Under the pieces are notes generated by a model. It was not told the origin of the DNA and ran no database searches. It was given only the letters and a program-made list of their open reading frames with translations. This document shows, in pieces, positions 24,530-37,688 of a stretch of DNA of 64,000 nt (positions are counted from its first letter, which is position 1; each line of letters begins with the position of its first letter). This DNA comes from Haliotis rufescens (taxonomy: Eukaryota): NCBI RefSeq assembly GCF_023055435.1, contig NW_025963802.1, positions 8,060,001 to 8,124,000 of the forward strand, written 5' to 3'. The translations under genes were made by a program, and so were the position numbers.

Positions 24530-26149
24530 CATCCTATCACTGTCACCTGATCTAGACAATCCAACCTCAAACTGGGGCAGTTAGGAATGAATATCTTGTG
24601 TAATTTGTGTCCAAAACAATTAGTAATCATTCTTGGCATTTCTCGACATTGTGTTTGCTGAAAATAAATCCTTTGCATTATATTCAACTGGTATTACCCA
24701 AACTTCAAAATCTGTAAACCTCCAATCATACATTAAGACAGTTTGGTAATATTTGATTCATTTGGGGTATTAATTATTTATTGGTAATATGTGTGACAAT
24801 CACTGCAGCAAGGTCATTCATTATCCTGTCTGTTACAGAAATGTTTTTCAGAAAGATATGGTCATATATTTCACTTAATTGTATTGGTGGAATTATTTTC
24901 AGAATATTGTAATGATTTGTCTGAAATGGTAATGGTAGAAAGCTCTGTAGGATCACATCACACTTTAGGTGGAAGTCAACACTATAAGACTGCAGCAGCT
25001 GTGGTAAATATTCAGGGCTGATATAACACCCTGAGAAGCCACAGTCACCAGTCATTGTAGGGTTGATTAGGAAACTAGGAAACGGCATGGTGGAATTTGG
25101 TAAATAACTTTCAGTGAACTGACAGAGAACAAACAAATTGGTATGTGGCAGTTAGGCCTGAAGGCATGCAACATTGCAATAGTGTTGTCTGAGTTTGAAT
25201 CCTCATTCAGATGTCATACCTGGACATAACCTTCCAGTCATGTTACTTATTAAGAGTCATCCACAATGCGTTTTCCAAGTGTTTCTGTATAATATTTAGT
25301 TTCTAATATAATTCCATATGATCTGTTTACATTAATTATGACTTGCGTTTATGGGGTATGTGCAAATAATTCTTAATTATTCAAATTGTCATTTTTCTTA
25401 AAACTATTCATTTGATTTCTCACCCTGTTTGGTTTATATGTCCCAAAACATTTGTGAAGTGATGCATGCGTACAATGGTGTACAAGCTCCGTTCCAGTCA
25501 TTCCATTTTTCCACTTGCAATATTCCAGAGATGGTTTTATTTGTATGTTTACTGTAGCATATTTATTGTCACTATGTCTTTATAAATGAAGAGCCCACAA
25601 GCTCTTCAGCTCGCTTAACAATTTGTGTTTTTTGTACAAGGTCAAAATGAGGTAAGAATCTTAAATATTAACATGTGAGTTGGATTCATTAAATTGAATG
25701 GTATTTCTATTATATACTACTTACAAGAAGTTAAGGACCATCTGATTTGTTCATGTAACTACAGGGGGGCACGGGTGGCCCAGTCGTCTAAGGCGCCGCG
25801 ATTCGCTGTGCAGAGTTGCGTCCCCTGGACATGCCAGAAACCTATGATTGTGGATTCGAATCCCGGTTCACGCCGATTATGTGTCTAGGTTTGTCAGCAC
25901 CATACCCGTGCTCGTGGGTTTCACCGAAGTGGTAAACGTCTAAGACCTGCATCACTTCGGGCTTTTCTCCCACATTAAGCTGGACACGCTGTGATATAAC
26001 TGGAATAATGTTAAAAGCAGCGTTAAACCTAACTCACTCACTCATATAACTACAGTAAAACTTAGCCATCATGACAGATAAAACATAGTGATATGGACAA
26101 ATTGGGTGGTCCTTAACTCGGTATGAATAGTATCTCAAGGTGTGTATCC

Positions 26150-26880
26150 TGACACCATTTTGAGTGTTTGTATTTTGAGTGTTTTGCACAGCGCTAGCTG
26201 CTGTCTTATTATCAGGGGCGGTCGGGTAGCCTAGTGGTTAAAGCGCTCGCTCGTCACGCCGAAGTCCCGGGTTTGAATCCCAACATGGATACAATGTGTG
26301 AAGCCCATTTCTGGTGTCCCCTGCCGTGATATTGATGGAATATTGCTAAAAGCGGCGTAAAGCCAAACTCTCTCCCTCTCTCTCTCTTATTGTCATGCTG
26401 CTTGCCTTGAGCAGTTAATGGCTGTGGGGTAGCCTAGTAATTAAAGTGTTCGCCCCTCATGCTGAAGACCTGGGTTTGATTCCCCACATGGGCACAATGT
26501 GTGAAGCCCATTTCTGGTGTCCCCCTGTGTGGTATTGCTGGAATATTGCTAAAAGCGGCGTAAAGCCAAACTCTCTCTCTCTCTAATTGTCATGCTGCTT
26601 GCCTTGAGCAGTTAATGGCTGTGGGGTAGCCTAGTAATTAAAGTGTTCGCCCCTCATGCTGAAGACCTGGGTTTGATTCCCCACATGGGCACAATGTGTG
26701 AAGCCCATTTCTGGTGTCCCCCTGTGTGGTATTGCTGGAATATTGCTAAAAGTGGCGTAAAACCATACTCACTCACTCACTCTTGAGCAGTTGGGTTCAT
26801 GTTCCGAAACAACAGAGTGACTGAGTTGAATTTTGAACAATATTCCAGTCATATCATGGCTTAACTTAATGTGGGAGGAA
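26150..26880 (-). pseudogene. Decayed duplicate of the 5' part of LYAR exon 5 plus flanking intron, broken by SINE insertions
   Basis: GACACCATTTTGAGTGTTTGTATTTTGAGTGTTTTGCACAGCGC...TTATTGTCATGC..CTTG.CTTGAGC..TTG.GTTCATGTTC.GAAA..ACAGAGTGACTGAGT matches 31157-31340. Confidence 0.8.
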
Positions 26881-29707
26881 ATCCTGATTTGGCGTGGATC
26901 TAAGATGTTTTCAACTTTGGTATGGTGCTGACAAACCTCAAAACATAATCAGGGCAAACCGTGGGTGTCTGGCATGGCTAAGGGACACAACTCTGCACAG
27001 GGAACTGGGGGAGAGTCAGTTGGCACGTAACAAGTCTGAACCAGACAAACCAGTGATGGCTGGTGTGAGCATGTACCTACAATAACATTAGACAGGTTCT
27101 TGTTCTTCCATCCATGGGGGGTTTGCCAGCCCTGGATCTAAAATGCTACAACTATGCAGAGTTGCTTCCCTTAGGCATGCCAGGATACAATGATCTTTGG
27201 TTCCAATCTCAGATTCGACCTGATTATCATCACTGGCTTGTCAGCACATACTCAATGGTTTCCCCATCCAAAGACCTCAAATTAATCTGTAAAGGCAGGA
27301 TATGACTTATATACTGCCTTATATCGTTACTGAACTTGCATATTCTTTTATACCTACACAGCGGTTCTTGTGGCCAGCTTGAGTAAGCAACATTTAAGTC
27401 ATCAAAGAAGTGTCATTTGTTGCAGACAGACAATAGACAATAGTCAGTAGAGGTGTGACGGTATGGTGGTGTCGCGATGCAATATGTATCTCAATACTAT
27501 GGGTGCAATGTGATTTGTATCCCTTTACAGTACTTTTATTTCACATGTTGATATTCTTTCTCTTTGCTAGTGAATCACAACCCTGAATCAAGACTTGACT
27601 GACTGTTCAAAAACTGATCAACTACTACACACACACCACTACAATTTGTAATGTATAGTAGAATATGTATCGCGAAACCGAGGTTGCAAATCAATGTATT
27701 GTATCTTGGCTTTCATATCGGGATACAAAAGTGATCTGCTGTATCTTTACAAAACTATTTGTCAGCAGCCCAAGAAGTTAGTCAGTGAGTGAAACCTCCT
27801 TGAATGGTGATTACTGCCACGGTGAACTACATTCAAGCCATATCAAAGAGAACCGTAAATGGTCCAGTCTGGACCAGGCAAACTAGTAGTTGATAGCATG
27901 GGGCAGGGATCCATGCCACATGGCAACAATGACACACCACCTCCAATGGTCACACATTGTTCATTTGACAAGGAAACAACACAAGAACGTTTGTTGTTTA
28001 ACGCCGCACTCAGCAATATTCCAGCGGTCTGTAAAGAATCGAGTCTAGACCAGACAATCCAGTAATTGCATCATGAGCATCGATCTATGCAACTGGGATA
28101 CAATAACAGGTATCAACCGGGTCAGCGAACCTGACCACCCGATCTCGTTACGGCAACCCTTGAATCTGTACGTCAATTCGTCAATCATGGTTGGTTGTGT
28201 GCTGCTTGATGCCTTATTTAGCAATGTAACAGTGTCCTGTAAATTGTGAGAGTGAATTGGGTTTAAAGCTGCTTTTAACAGTATTCCAGTTATATCCCGG
28301 CGTGTCAGTTTAATGTGGGAGGAAAGCCTGAAGTGATGCAGGTCTCAGACGTTTACCACTTCGGTGAAACCCATGAGCACAGGTATGGTGCTGACAAACC
28401 TAGAAACATAATCAGGGCGAACCAGGATTCGAACCTACAATCATAGGTTTCTGGCGTGCCCAAGGGACGCAACTCTGCACAGCGAATCGCGGCGCCTTAG
28501 ACAACATGGCCACCTGTGCCTTTGAATAAACAACTCCAGACAAGACAAATCAGTGAGTGATACAATGTACAACATCAACGTTAGGGTAGAGTGTCTGGGT
28601 TAGAATAGGTTCTTCAGGAACACATTCTTGCGTAAAAGGCAACTATCCTTGTCGTAAGAGGCAACTGACGGGATCTGGTGGTCTGGCTCTCTGACTTGAC
28701 TGATGCATGTCATCGTATGTCACGTGGATCGATGCTAATGATGTCAGTCACCTGGACTGTCTGGTCCAGACTCGATTATTTCCAGGCAATATTGCTGGGT
28801 TAAACAACAAACAACAGCAAATCAACCAAGTCATTGAGTCTGTAGTCGCCTCTTATGTCAAGCAAAGGCTGCTTGGGATCAGTTCTTACACAGAATCCCC
28901 ACAGGCTGTCCATGAACAATGCATACTCTTTTCATGGTATCTATTGCAATAATATCGCATTAAACATGTTAAATGAAAATAACATTTACCAACAATGATA
29001 CAATTTTCTTCTTTGTAGACAACTTTATTACCATTCCTTTTCAACGACATAACAAATATTTCCATTTCAGAAATAAGTAAAAGAAACATCATTTAGCATG
29101 TTTAGTGAAAGATGACAGGAGTAGAACAGTGATACACAGTTACCTCCCTTTAGACCTTCAACTGATTGTGGCCTTGTCAATAATGACTCTAGAAACACAT
29201 GCAAGAGAGTTTTTTTGGAGGTGAGCACCAGGCAACCCCTCTCTGGATCCACAAATGATAAAAGAGATTGAAATGGGTCCAGGGTATTTATCACAATTAA
29301 CAAAAGTGATACATTGTACACTCAAGAATTATTTCTCACTATTACACAGATACAATGCTCAGCAGTATACCAGCACTGCTAAGAAGTCGACCAGCTTGAT
29401 AAAGTCTTCATGTACTTTGGCTCCATTGCCATGGATTTAGCTGTTCAAAATAACATGATGGTATACATTTCCACATCTTCAAGTTTAAATTATTTTGAAC
29501 ATGATATTTTGGGTATCATTATTAAGAATAACAATTCCTTTGCCCTTATTAAAAAAATAAATTCAATTTGACCATAAAACAGTCTACACTCTTGCCTCGA
29601 GTCTTTAGATAACTCATCTGTATCTAAACATGTTAAAAATGTTATTTTTTCATTGGCCATGTTAACAGTGTAGGCTTATTGATATCATCATAAAACAGAA
29701 ATTTGTA

Positions 29708-32700
29708 TCACGTCTGTGCTACAAGCTTAACACGTTCTTTGAACACTTTGAAGTTTGGGTTTTTGGAAACTTTCTTCTCAAACTTGGCCCACAGCTTTTC
29801 CTCCGACTTTGGTGCCCCCATCTGTGATAGATACTCGGATATCACCTAGTGGACAGAAATAGAGATTGTAAACATACATGAAAATCATTCTACAGACACT
29901 CAAGATATCAACTGGGGAATAGAAAGGGGGATTATTAATGTATACATGTAAACCATTCTACAGATACTAGGACATCACCTGGGGAACAGAAATGGAGATT
30001 GTAAACATACCATATTCTCTTGAATATAGTGCGCACTTTTTTCACCAAAAGCACAGCTGTGTAGAAAGGGGTGCACATTATAAACGCAATAATGAGGTTT
30101 GATGTTTTTTTCCCACAATGCAGACACTACTGTGAGCACGTAACACCGGTAATACCATGTCAATAAATCCGTACTGAAGTACGCAAATTAATCATGTAAA
30201 ATGACACTGTCTGGTTATAAAAAGTGTTCATTTTATATCTGGACTTATATTTGTATTTATACAAAATTCCATTAAATATTGTTTTAATTAATTTCGGCGA
30301 AATCTTGTGTGAAGCAACCGGAAGATCGCACAACTCACCGTTATTAACAGCAACCACGGTCAGATTACCACTATTGATGCCTTGAAACGAACTTTAGTTG
30401 ACAGAGAATGGATTCATATATCATAAATGCCATATTTTGACTCGTAAAAGAAAATATTTGTTGTTTGAAAAACATTCTACAGCTACTCGGAGATCAACTG
30501 GGGAACAGTGAGTAAGTTGGTTTATGCTGTTTTGAGCAATTTTACAGCAATTTTACAGCGGAGGACACCAGAAGAGGGCTTCACAAATTGTACCCAAGTG
30601 GGATATCGAACCCAGGTATTCGCCGTGACGAGCCACCACCCTTTGCCCATTTGGCTACCTAACCCCCAGGGAGACAGAAAGAGATAATGTAAACACATAT
30701 GTGTGTTTCATTCCTTCTACATGCTGCAGAGCTGGAATATTGCTGAATGCGCTGTCAAACAACAAACAAACACAAACACTCACTTTCTTCTTCAATTTCT
30801 TGATTGCAATTTCCCCTTTTGACGTCAACACTTCAGTGATGACATTTTCCCAGTCAAACTTTGTCTTTTTCTTAACAGGTTCCTCCTCCTCTTCTTCTTC
30901 AGGCTCATTTGGTTCTTCCTCCACCTCTTCTTCCTCCTCCCTCTTCCTCTTCTTTCCCTTCACCTCAACCTGCTCTTCCTCGTGTTTCCGTTTCTTCTTC
31001 TTCTTCTTTTTCACCTGCTCGTCTGTTATTTCCTCATCTTCATCATCCACTTCACCCTTGTCTTTCTTCTCCTTCTTATTCATCTTTTTCCTCCTTTCTT
31101 CCTTCTTTTCTCTCTTACTCATTTTCTGCTCTTTCTCTGCATGTCCATTTTCACCGACACCATTTTGAGCGTTTGTATTTTCAGTATTTTGCACAGCGCC
31201 ACCTGCTAACTTATTGTCATGCGGCTTGTCTTGAGCGGCTTGGTTCATGTTCTGAAAAAACAGAGTGACTGAGTGAGTGAGTTTTCTTTTGAACAATATT
31301 CCAGTCATATCATGGTGTGTCACCTCAATGTGGGAGGAATACCCAAAGTAATGCAGGTCTCAGACATTTACCACTTTTGTGAAACCCTGAAGTGAAAGTG
31401 AAGTTAAGCAACGTCGGTCACGGAGAGTCCTTACATGGGTGACCACATTCTGCAGACTTTGTTCGAATTGTGCTTCTGTTCATCCAGCAGTGAATGGGTA
31501 CCCAGTAGGATGAGATGTTAACCTTCTAGCGCCTAAAGGCAGCTTGGGGTGTATACTCCCCAGGGAGCTGAGAATGATTGTTCAGTGCACACTGATCCAT
31601 TAACCAGGGTAATAAATGTCTAAGCACTTAGAGCATTCGTATTCATGGAGTACAGCACCATATAAATGGACTATTATTATTAACAATTCGGGTGACCTGA
31701 CTTCTGTCAATACATTGAAAGTCAAGCCTGCCTCCCCACAGGTGGGACTCACTCATCATGAAGCTATAATGAATACATAATGTGGCTACCCCTTCATGTC
31801 TATATTCTGTATCAATTCAGGGTTTCAAAAGAGTGTGTCCTGTACGCATACAAATTTAGAATGGATGCAAATAATATCCACTGCGAGTCCCACTGGATGA
31901 GAGGTTGTGGGAAAGGTTAAAAGTAATTAAATTGAAACATGTATGCTAGATTTATAGTGTGACTCTTTAATATCGTGGTATTGTTAAATCTCATAATCTA
32001 CATCCCCTGTCGACTGTTTACTTATGCAAAACTAAGCACAACATTTCATTGAAAGATCGAAAACAGGACTTGTTGCGGTTGTCACAGCTACACCATGTAC
32101 ACGAAAGGATAATCTTTTTTATGATAGTTACTGGAATGTTTTTGAGGTGGAATTACCCCTACCTCCATTCGAAATAAGTTAGAAAGAATCCATCAAGAAT
32201 TCAGTTTGTTATAAGCGAATAGCCGATAAATAAAAAAGGTTTGTTATAGCGGTCAGTTCATTATAAACGTGTCCGTCATCAACGTAGTTTACTGTACTTC
32301 ACATTTATTTGCAATTGGCACATCTGTCACCATGGGAACCCCCATTGAGCATTACTGAGAGTCCCCACCTTATAACTACTTGGCTTTGCTTTATCATACC
32401 ATCTATCACAAAACATAATGCTAATTCTCATATGCATTTTATTGTGACTCGAGTAAGTATCGATACATGAGGTAGGTTATCTTGACACCTGTAACTAAAA
32501 CAAGACCTAAGAACCACAGGTGTTTCTATTTCACCTTGATGGCCTCCTCCATGAGCACATTCCACAGCTGGGAGATTAAACTGGGATCACGGATCCGTAG
32601 GCTGTTCATCAGGAAATTCTGAAATAACGCAATGACATGTTGAATATACAATCAAACAGCTCAGCATGGCATGGTATAAGTGGTCCACCGGTCTCAAGAG

Positions 32701-35700
32701 GGACATGTGTTGATGTGTCCACTATGGTGTAGTAGATGCAGAGATGCCAACCCTAACTCAAGCTATGGAGTAATCACTGGGGTAAAAAAAGCATAGTTTC
32801 ATGTGAAAAAGAGTAATGTTAATAGTACGATGCGAGCTTTCGTTTTGACATTTTCATTAGGCCAAGATGTATGTGAAACACGGGTACACATGTAGTAATG
32901 TTAGTAAAATAGCTGCACACAACAGCATCACTATTTGAAAAATAGGGCAATGAATACTAGGGCTCAAAATAAAGCAGAAACAATTACCAGCTTAAAAAAC
33001 ACGCTTAAACTTAACTGAATTAATTTTTTCTGCTTATTTTGAGCTTCATTGCCCAAATTTCAATTAGTGATGCTGTTGTGTGCAGTTATATGCCAAACTG
33101 CCTAATAGTTAAGGTATCATAAGGACTAGCAGAAATTTGCCATTTATAAGGGTTTTGGTGTATGTTGTCATTATCATGCTTATAAGGACTAATGGACTAA
33201 AACTGCTTTGAAGGTGGTGATGTTACTTCCCCCTAAAAAGTATTATTGCAGGGACTGAGTCTGTGATATTTTTCATAACAGAAATACAGGATAAGGGGAT
33301 GTCGGGTAGCCTAGCGGTTAAAGCGTTCACTCGCCGAAGACCCGGGTTCGATTCCCTACATGGGTACAATGTGTGAGGCCCATTTCTGGTGTCCCCCGCC
33401 GTGATATTGCTGGAATATTGCTAAAAGCAGCGTAGAACCATACTCACTCACATACAGAATAAGGCAAGTTTTGTCTATATACATACAGAATAGCTCATCT
33501 TATTTATAATCAATATATATAGATACTGATATTTAAAATTTGAATTTCCAATCAATGACCTCAAACTTGTTCTTCTTTCGTGGAATGTTGGGATAGTTCT
33601 TGATGCTCTCCAGGGTGCCTCGTAGTCGGGGGTTGCCCCCCTTCTGGTTGTCTATTGCTGACTGGACTTGCTGTAATGTCATGAACAAAAAGAAGTTACC
33701 ATGGTTACAGTTTTCATAGTTCCATCATAGACATGATTACTATTAAATCTTTTAAATTCATAAAAGTGAGAGATACCATGGTCATTATTACAAAATGTTT
33801 AGGAATTCAGTGAAATCAGGTCAATAGACTTGGTACCATTCCCAGAGAATACATCAGGAACATCATGATTATCAGTCTTATGGCTAAACACAGCATTCTT
33901 ACAACATGTACAAGCTATGTATAAAGACCAAGAGTCTCACAGCTCTATGCATACATCCTATGCGTCAAACGTCACAATAACGAGTTTCCTAAAGGTGTCA
34001 GTGTTCACCCACCTCTATCCATCGATCCTGCTTGGCCTCGCCCTTGTTGACTTTGGCCACATACCCCTTCCCAGAGTACTTCTGGTCTTCACTGATACAC
34101 TTGGTGTGCTTCTCGAAGTCATTTCCCCTGTAACCACCACAACAGTTTAACAGACATGACAAACGTGCTACTACCAGTCTTAGTCAGGAATGGAGTTGAG
34201 CATGTTGAGGTATTCACCCCACACATACACAAATTACCATGTTATCCTTGATTATCACGGAAGTTTCTGTTCCCTGTCACAGAAAATAAACACAAGCTGT
34301 ACTCATTTTATGAGGAAATTTAATCCATGGTTATGCATGGCGTGTGTAGTTGAAAGTTGGTATATTAAGATTTTAACTTGATGATGCCAAATATGCTGTT
34401 CCTATATCATGTACAAAATGTGAGAAACAGAAAACACTGACAGACTATTTTAAGTAGATGAAGCAAGTTCTTAAGAAAGTAGCACTTGCATTTACACGAG
34501 GAAACGTGTGTCGTTGATGTGATAAATTCAGTGAGTAATGTCTCTATTGTTATGTATAAATGGGAAAATTATTATTATTTTTGCAATGTCATTAATTATA
34601 AATTAAAGAATGCATGAATAAACAACACAACAATATAAATATTTCATTTTTAATGATTTTATTACAAGGTACACAGGGTTTATATCTATCGTATAGACGT
34701 CCGATTTTCGATCACAAATCACTTAATTTTGTTAATCCGACATACTTGTTAATCCGACACAATCATGTGCAACCAACGATGTCGGATTAACGAGACTTGA
34801 CTGTATATGCATAACCACTGACAATGGAATCACCTTGTGTGCATTGGGCATGTTGGGAGTCCCATTGGCCAGATTCACTGACATGTATGAGTAAATCATG
34901 AAAACTAATTTAGTTGTTAACCAACATTTCTCTTCTGATCATGCTGATGGGAACACAACCTAACGCTTAAGTCTGTCTGCATGGTCTATTTCAGATCTGT
35001 TTTGTCTTAACATGTCAGCAAATGGTTGAACAAGACATACACTATGAGTGAGTGAGTGAATTGGGTTTAACAACGCTTTTAACAGTATTCCAGTTATATT
35101 GCGGCATGTCAGCTTAATGTGGGAGGAAAGCCCGAAGTGATGAAGGTCTCAGACGTTTACCACTTCGGTGAAACCCACGACCACGGGTATGGTGCTGACA
35201 AACCTAGAAACATAATCGGGGCAAACCGGGATTTGATCCAATCAACCATAGGTTTCTGGCGTGCCCAAGGGACGCAACTCTGCACAGCAAATCACGGTGC
35301 CTTAGACGACTTGGTTACTCGCGCCCCCTACATACAGTATGAAATCACCATGTTGATAACAATATATGGCAAGGAAGAGAATATATGGATGTCAACATCT
35401 TTATTATGAGGAACACAACGTATCAGAGTATATGCTTTACCCCTTCATCAGGTGAATAATCTTCCTTATGTGTATCACTTCCAAATGCCTTTCAACACGT
35501 TCAAAGACCTGATGATATGGTGAGTTGGTGTTTAATGTACTTGTCTGACCCGTGAAGATCCGGGGTAAAATAGGTCTTCAGCAACCCATGCTTGCTGTAA
35601 AAGTTGATCATGCTTGTCGTAAAAGGTGACTAACAGGAACAGTTGGTCAGACTAGCTGTCTTGGTTGATGCGTGTCATCGTATCCCAATTGCATCGATTG

Positions 35701-36234
35701 ATGCTCCACGATGTCGATTACTGGATTCTCTGGTCCAGACTCGATTATTTACAGACAGCCGTCATATAGCTGAGTGTGGCATCAAACAACAAACAAACGT
35801 ACTAGTTTGGACTGATGTTGGTTTTATAGTGCTAGCACAAGATACCATGCCACAGTTTAACATGGATATCCCACTCTCTGGTTAAGGAGTCGGAGCCAAC
35901 AAGTCATTGCTTTATCCTTTCAATGTGTTGCGGTAGTCTGATTATGTCCAGTTTGTCACACAGAACAAACAGGGAACTCCCAACTTCAATCCCAGGATCC
36001 CCAAAGATTATTCCAAAGGTTTTTGATCTAAAAAAGATTGAGTGTATTGCCAAGATTTCATGTTTGATAAAATCAGGCAAAGTGTTGCCATGTAAATTCC
36101 TGTACTTACCAGAAGTCCTGGCCACAATCAATACAACACACTGACTGACAGTTCCGACATTTTGTCATGCAGTGTTTTTCCACCTGGTTCTTTTTCAGGG
36201 CTTCATTACACACGTTACAGGAGAAGAACACCAT
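29708..36234 (-). CDS. LYAR: Cell growth-regulating nucleolar protein LYAR
   Basis: Phase-consistent exons 36234-36110, 34127-34013, 33670-33560, 32618-32535, 31251-30784, 29845-29708. They give MVFFSCNVCNEALKKNQVEKHC..C..CIDCGQDFWGNDFEKHTKCISEDQKYSGKG (LYAR C2HC zinc fingers), YPNIPRKKNKFENF, a K/E-rich region, and KFDWENVI..L..KGEIAIKKLKKKV..Y...KFEKKVSKNPNFKV. Confidence 0.95.
31400..31682 (+). mobile_element. 5S rRNA-derived SINE (SINE3-like)
   Basis: GAAGTTAAGCAACGTCGG...ATGGGTGACC resembles the 5S rRNA internal control region; central CCAGCAGTGAATGGGTACC and TATACTCCCCAGGGAG blocks; LINE-like tail AAGCACTTAGAGCA...ATATAAATG followed by (TAT)n. Confidence 0.65.
32909..33089. repeat. ~180-bp palindrome / fold-back MITE in a LYAR intron
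   Basis: ATAGCTGCACACAACAGCATCACTA..GGGCAATGAA..GCTCAAAATAA.GCAGAAA pairs with TTTCTGCTTATTTTGAGCTTCATTGCCC..TAGTGATGCTGTTGTGTGCAGTTAT. Confidence 0.8.
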
Positions 36235-37446
36235 GGTCAAGCTCAATCAGGAATCGTCTGAAAAGATCAGCAATCATCACAGACAATGTTAAGTAATCAT
36301 GAATATACAAATTGTTAAAGAAACACTGGTTTGTTGATAGAGACTATATTAGAAGCCACAAACCATTATGATCATGGTCTTCAGCAACCCATGCCTGTTG
36401 TAAGAGGTGATTATACTTGTCGTAATAGATCGTGAGATAACTGACGGGATTGGGTGGCCAGGCTCATTGACTAGGTTGATGCATGTCATCGTATCCCCAT
36501 TGCATGGATCAATACTCAAGATATCAATCACTGGATTGTCTAGTCAAGACTATTGTGTATCATCATTAATTATCCGTGTTAACAGTGACTAGAATAAAAT
36601 TCTATAATATGACATACAAAGTCCACCTAATGTTTTATTGATATGGAATCAAAATACTATAACAATATCATGAAGAGACAGTGCTGTTGGAAACGCAAGG
36701 TGGCAAAACCTGTTTTGCCTATGTTGGTGCCGTTTTGTCCAATGTAGTGTCGTTTCGACATGGTTTAGCACTAACCCACCATTACGGATGTAGCCAAGAT
36801 ACTGATAGCAGTTTGTCAACGTCATAAAAATAAACCTGGTTAAGAATTTGAGCAAGAGAGCAGTTTACCAGGCATAGACTCCTTTGATATTGCTTGTCAT
36901 GTCTAAAATTAGACCAAAGAGAGCTCCACCACTTGCATGTTTACTTGTTTGGCCACTTTCTCGGAGTTTCTGTTATTTGAGTTATAAAGTAGACCACTTA
37001 GCCATGATCGTGATGTGGGAATATTGGAATATATACATGGCTCTATTAGTATTATCTGCGAAAATAAAGGGACAGAAATATTTTTTTCCTGCCGACATGT
37101 CACCAACCTCGCTGGAAAAATAATGCTATTTTCTAAATATGTAGGCCCATATTTGGAAGTAACGCACGACACAATACCAATATAAGCTGTGAAGCCACTG
37201 ACTAACCTAAAATTAAGTAGCACATTTAGTTTACCCCTCTCAATAATCATATATTTGAGCAGAGGTGGTCATGAATCAATGTCAATATCAACTTTTGTCC
37301 ACGAATGATAGTATCATGAATGTACAAATGCGGATGTTATAGTTGTCAGTATATGCATCCGTATCAGCACAATTACAGACTAACCGTATCCTCCGACACG
37401 TGTGGAAACAACCGGAAGCACAACACTGTCTGTTCGGGCCGCTTAC

Positions 37447-37688
37447 CTCATTGAAAAAGACCCTTACAACATTGCAAACGAAAACGATAAAAACACATGA
37501 AATGATAAAACTCGTTATTAACGATACGTAAGTAAACACGATGAACAGGTAAAAAGAATACCTGTCCGATAAAAAGTCTTGGCGAGTGTCATAAAATAAC
37601 ACTATTATCATGATAATTGTATGAGGTATTTTTGGGTATGATTTGGGGAAATATTTCAAATCGAAAGAGAAAGTAGATACTTTACATC
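37447..37688. promoter_or_regulatory. Putative bidirectional promoter between LYAR (-) and the PARP14-like gene (+)
   Basis: The LYAR ATG exon has an acceptor at 36258-36259, so an upstream non-coding exon is needed. A strong minus-strand donor GAG|GTAAGC lies at 37447, and the PARP14-like ATG is at 37689. IRF-like GAAAGAGAAAGT at 37663-37674. Confidence 0.55.

Noticed and set aside
30701-31268. Plus-strand Ser/Phe/Leu-rich ORFs
   Set aside because: Antisense shadows of the K/E-rich LYAR exon 5.
31400-31447. Functional 5S rRNA gene
   Set aside because: Only a degenerate internal control region is present, fused to SINE-type sequence.
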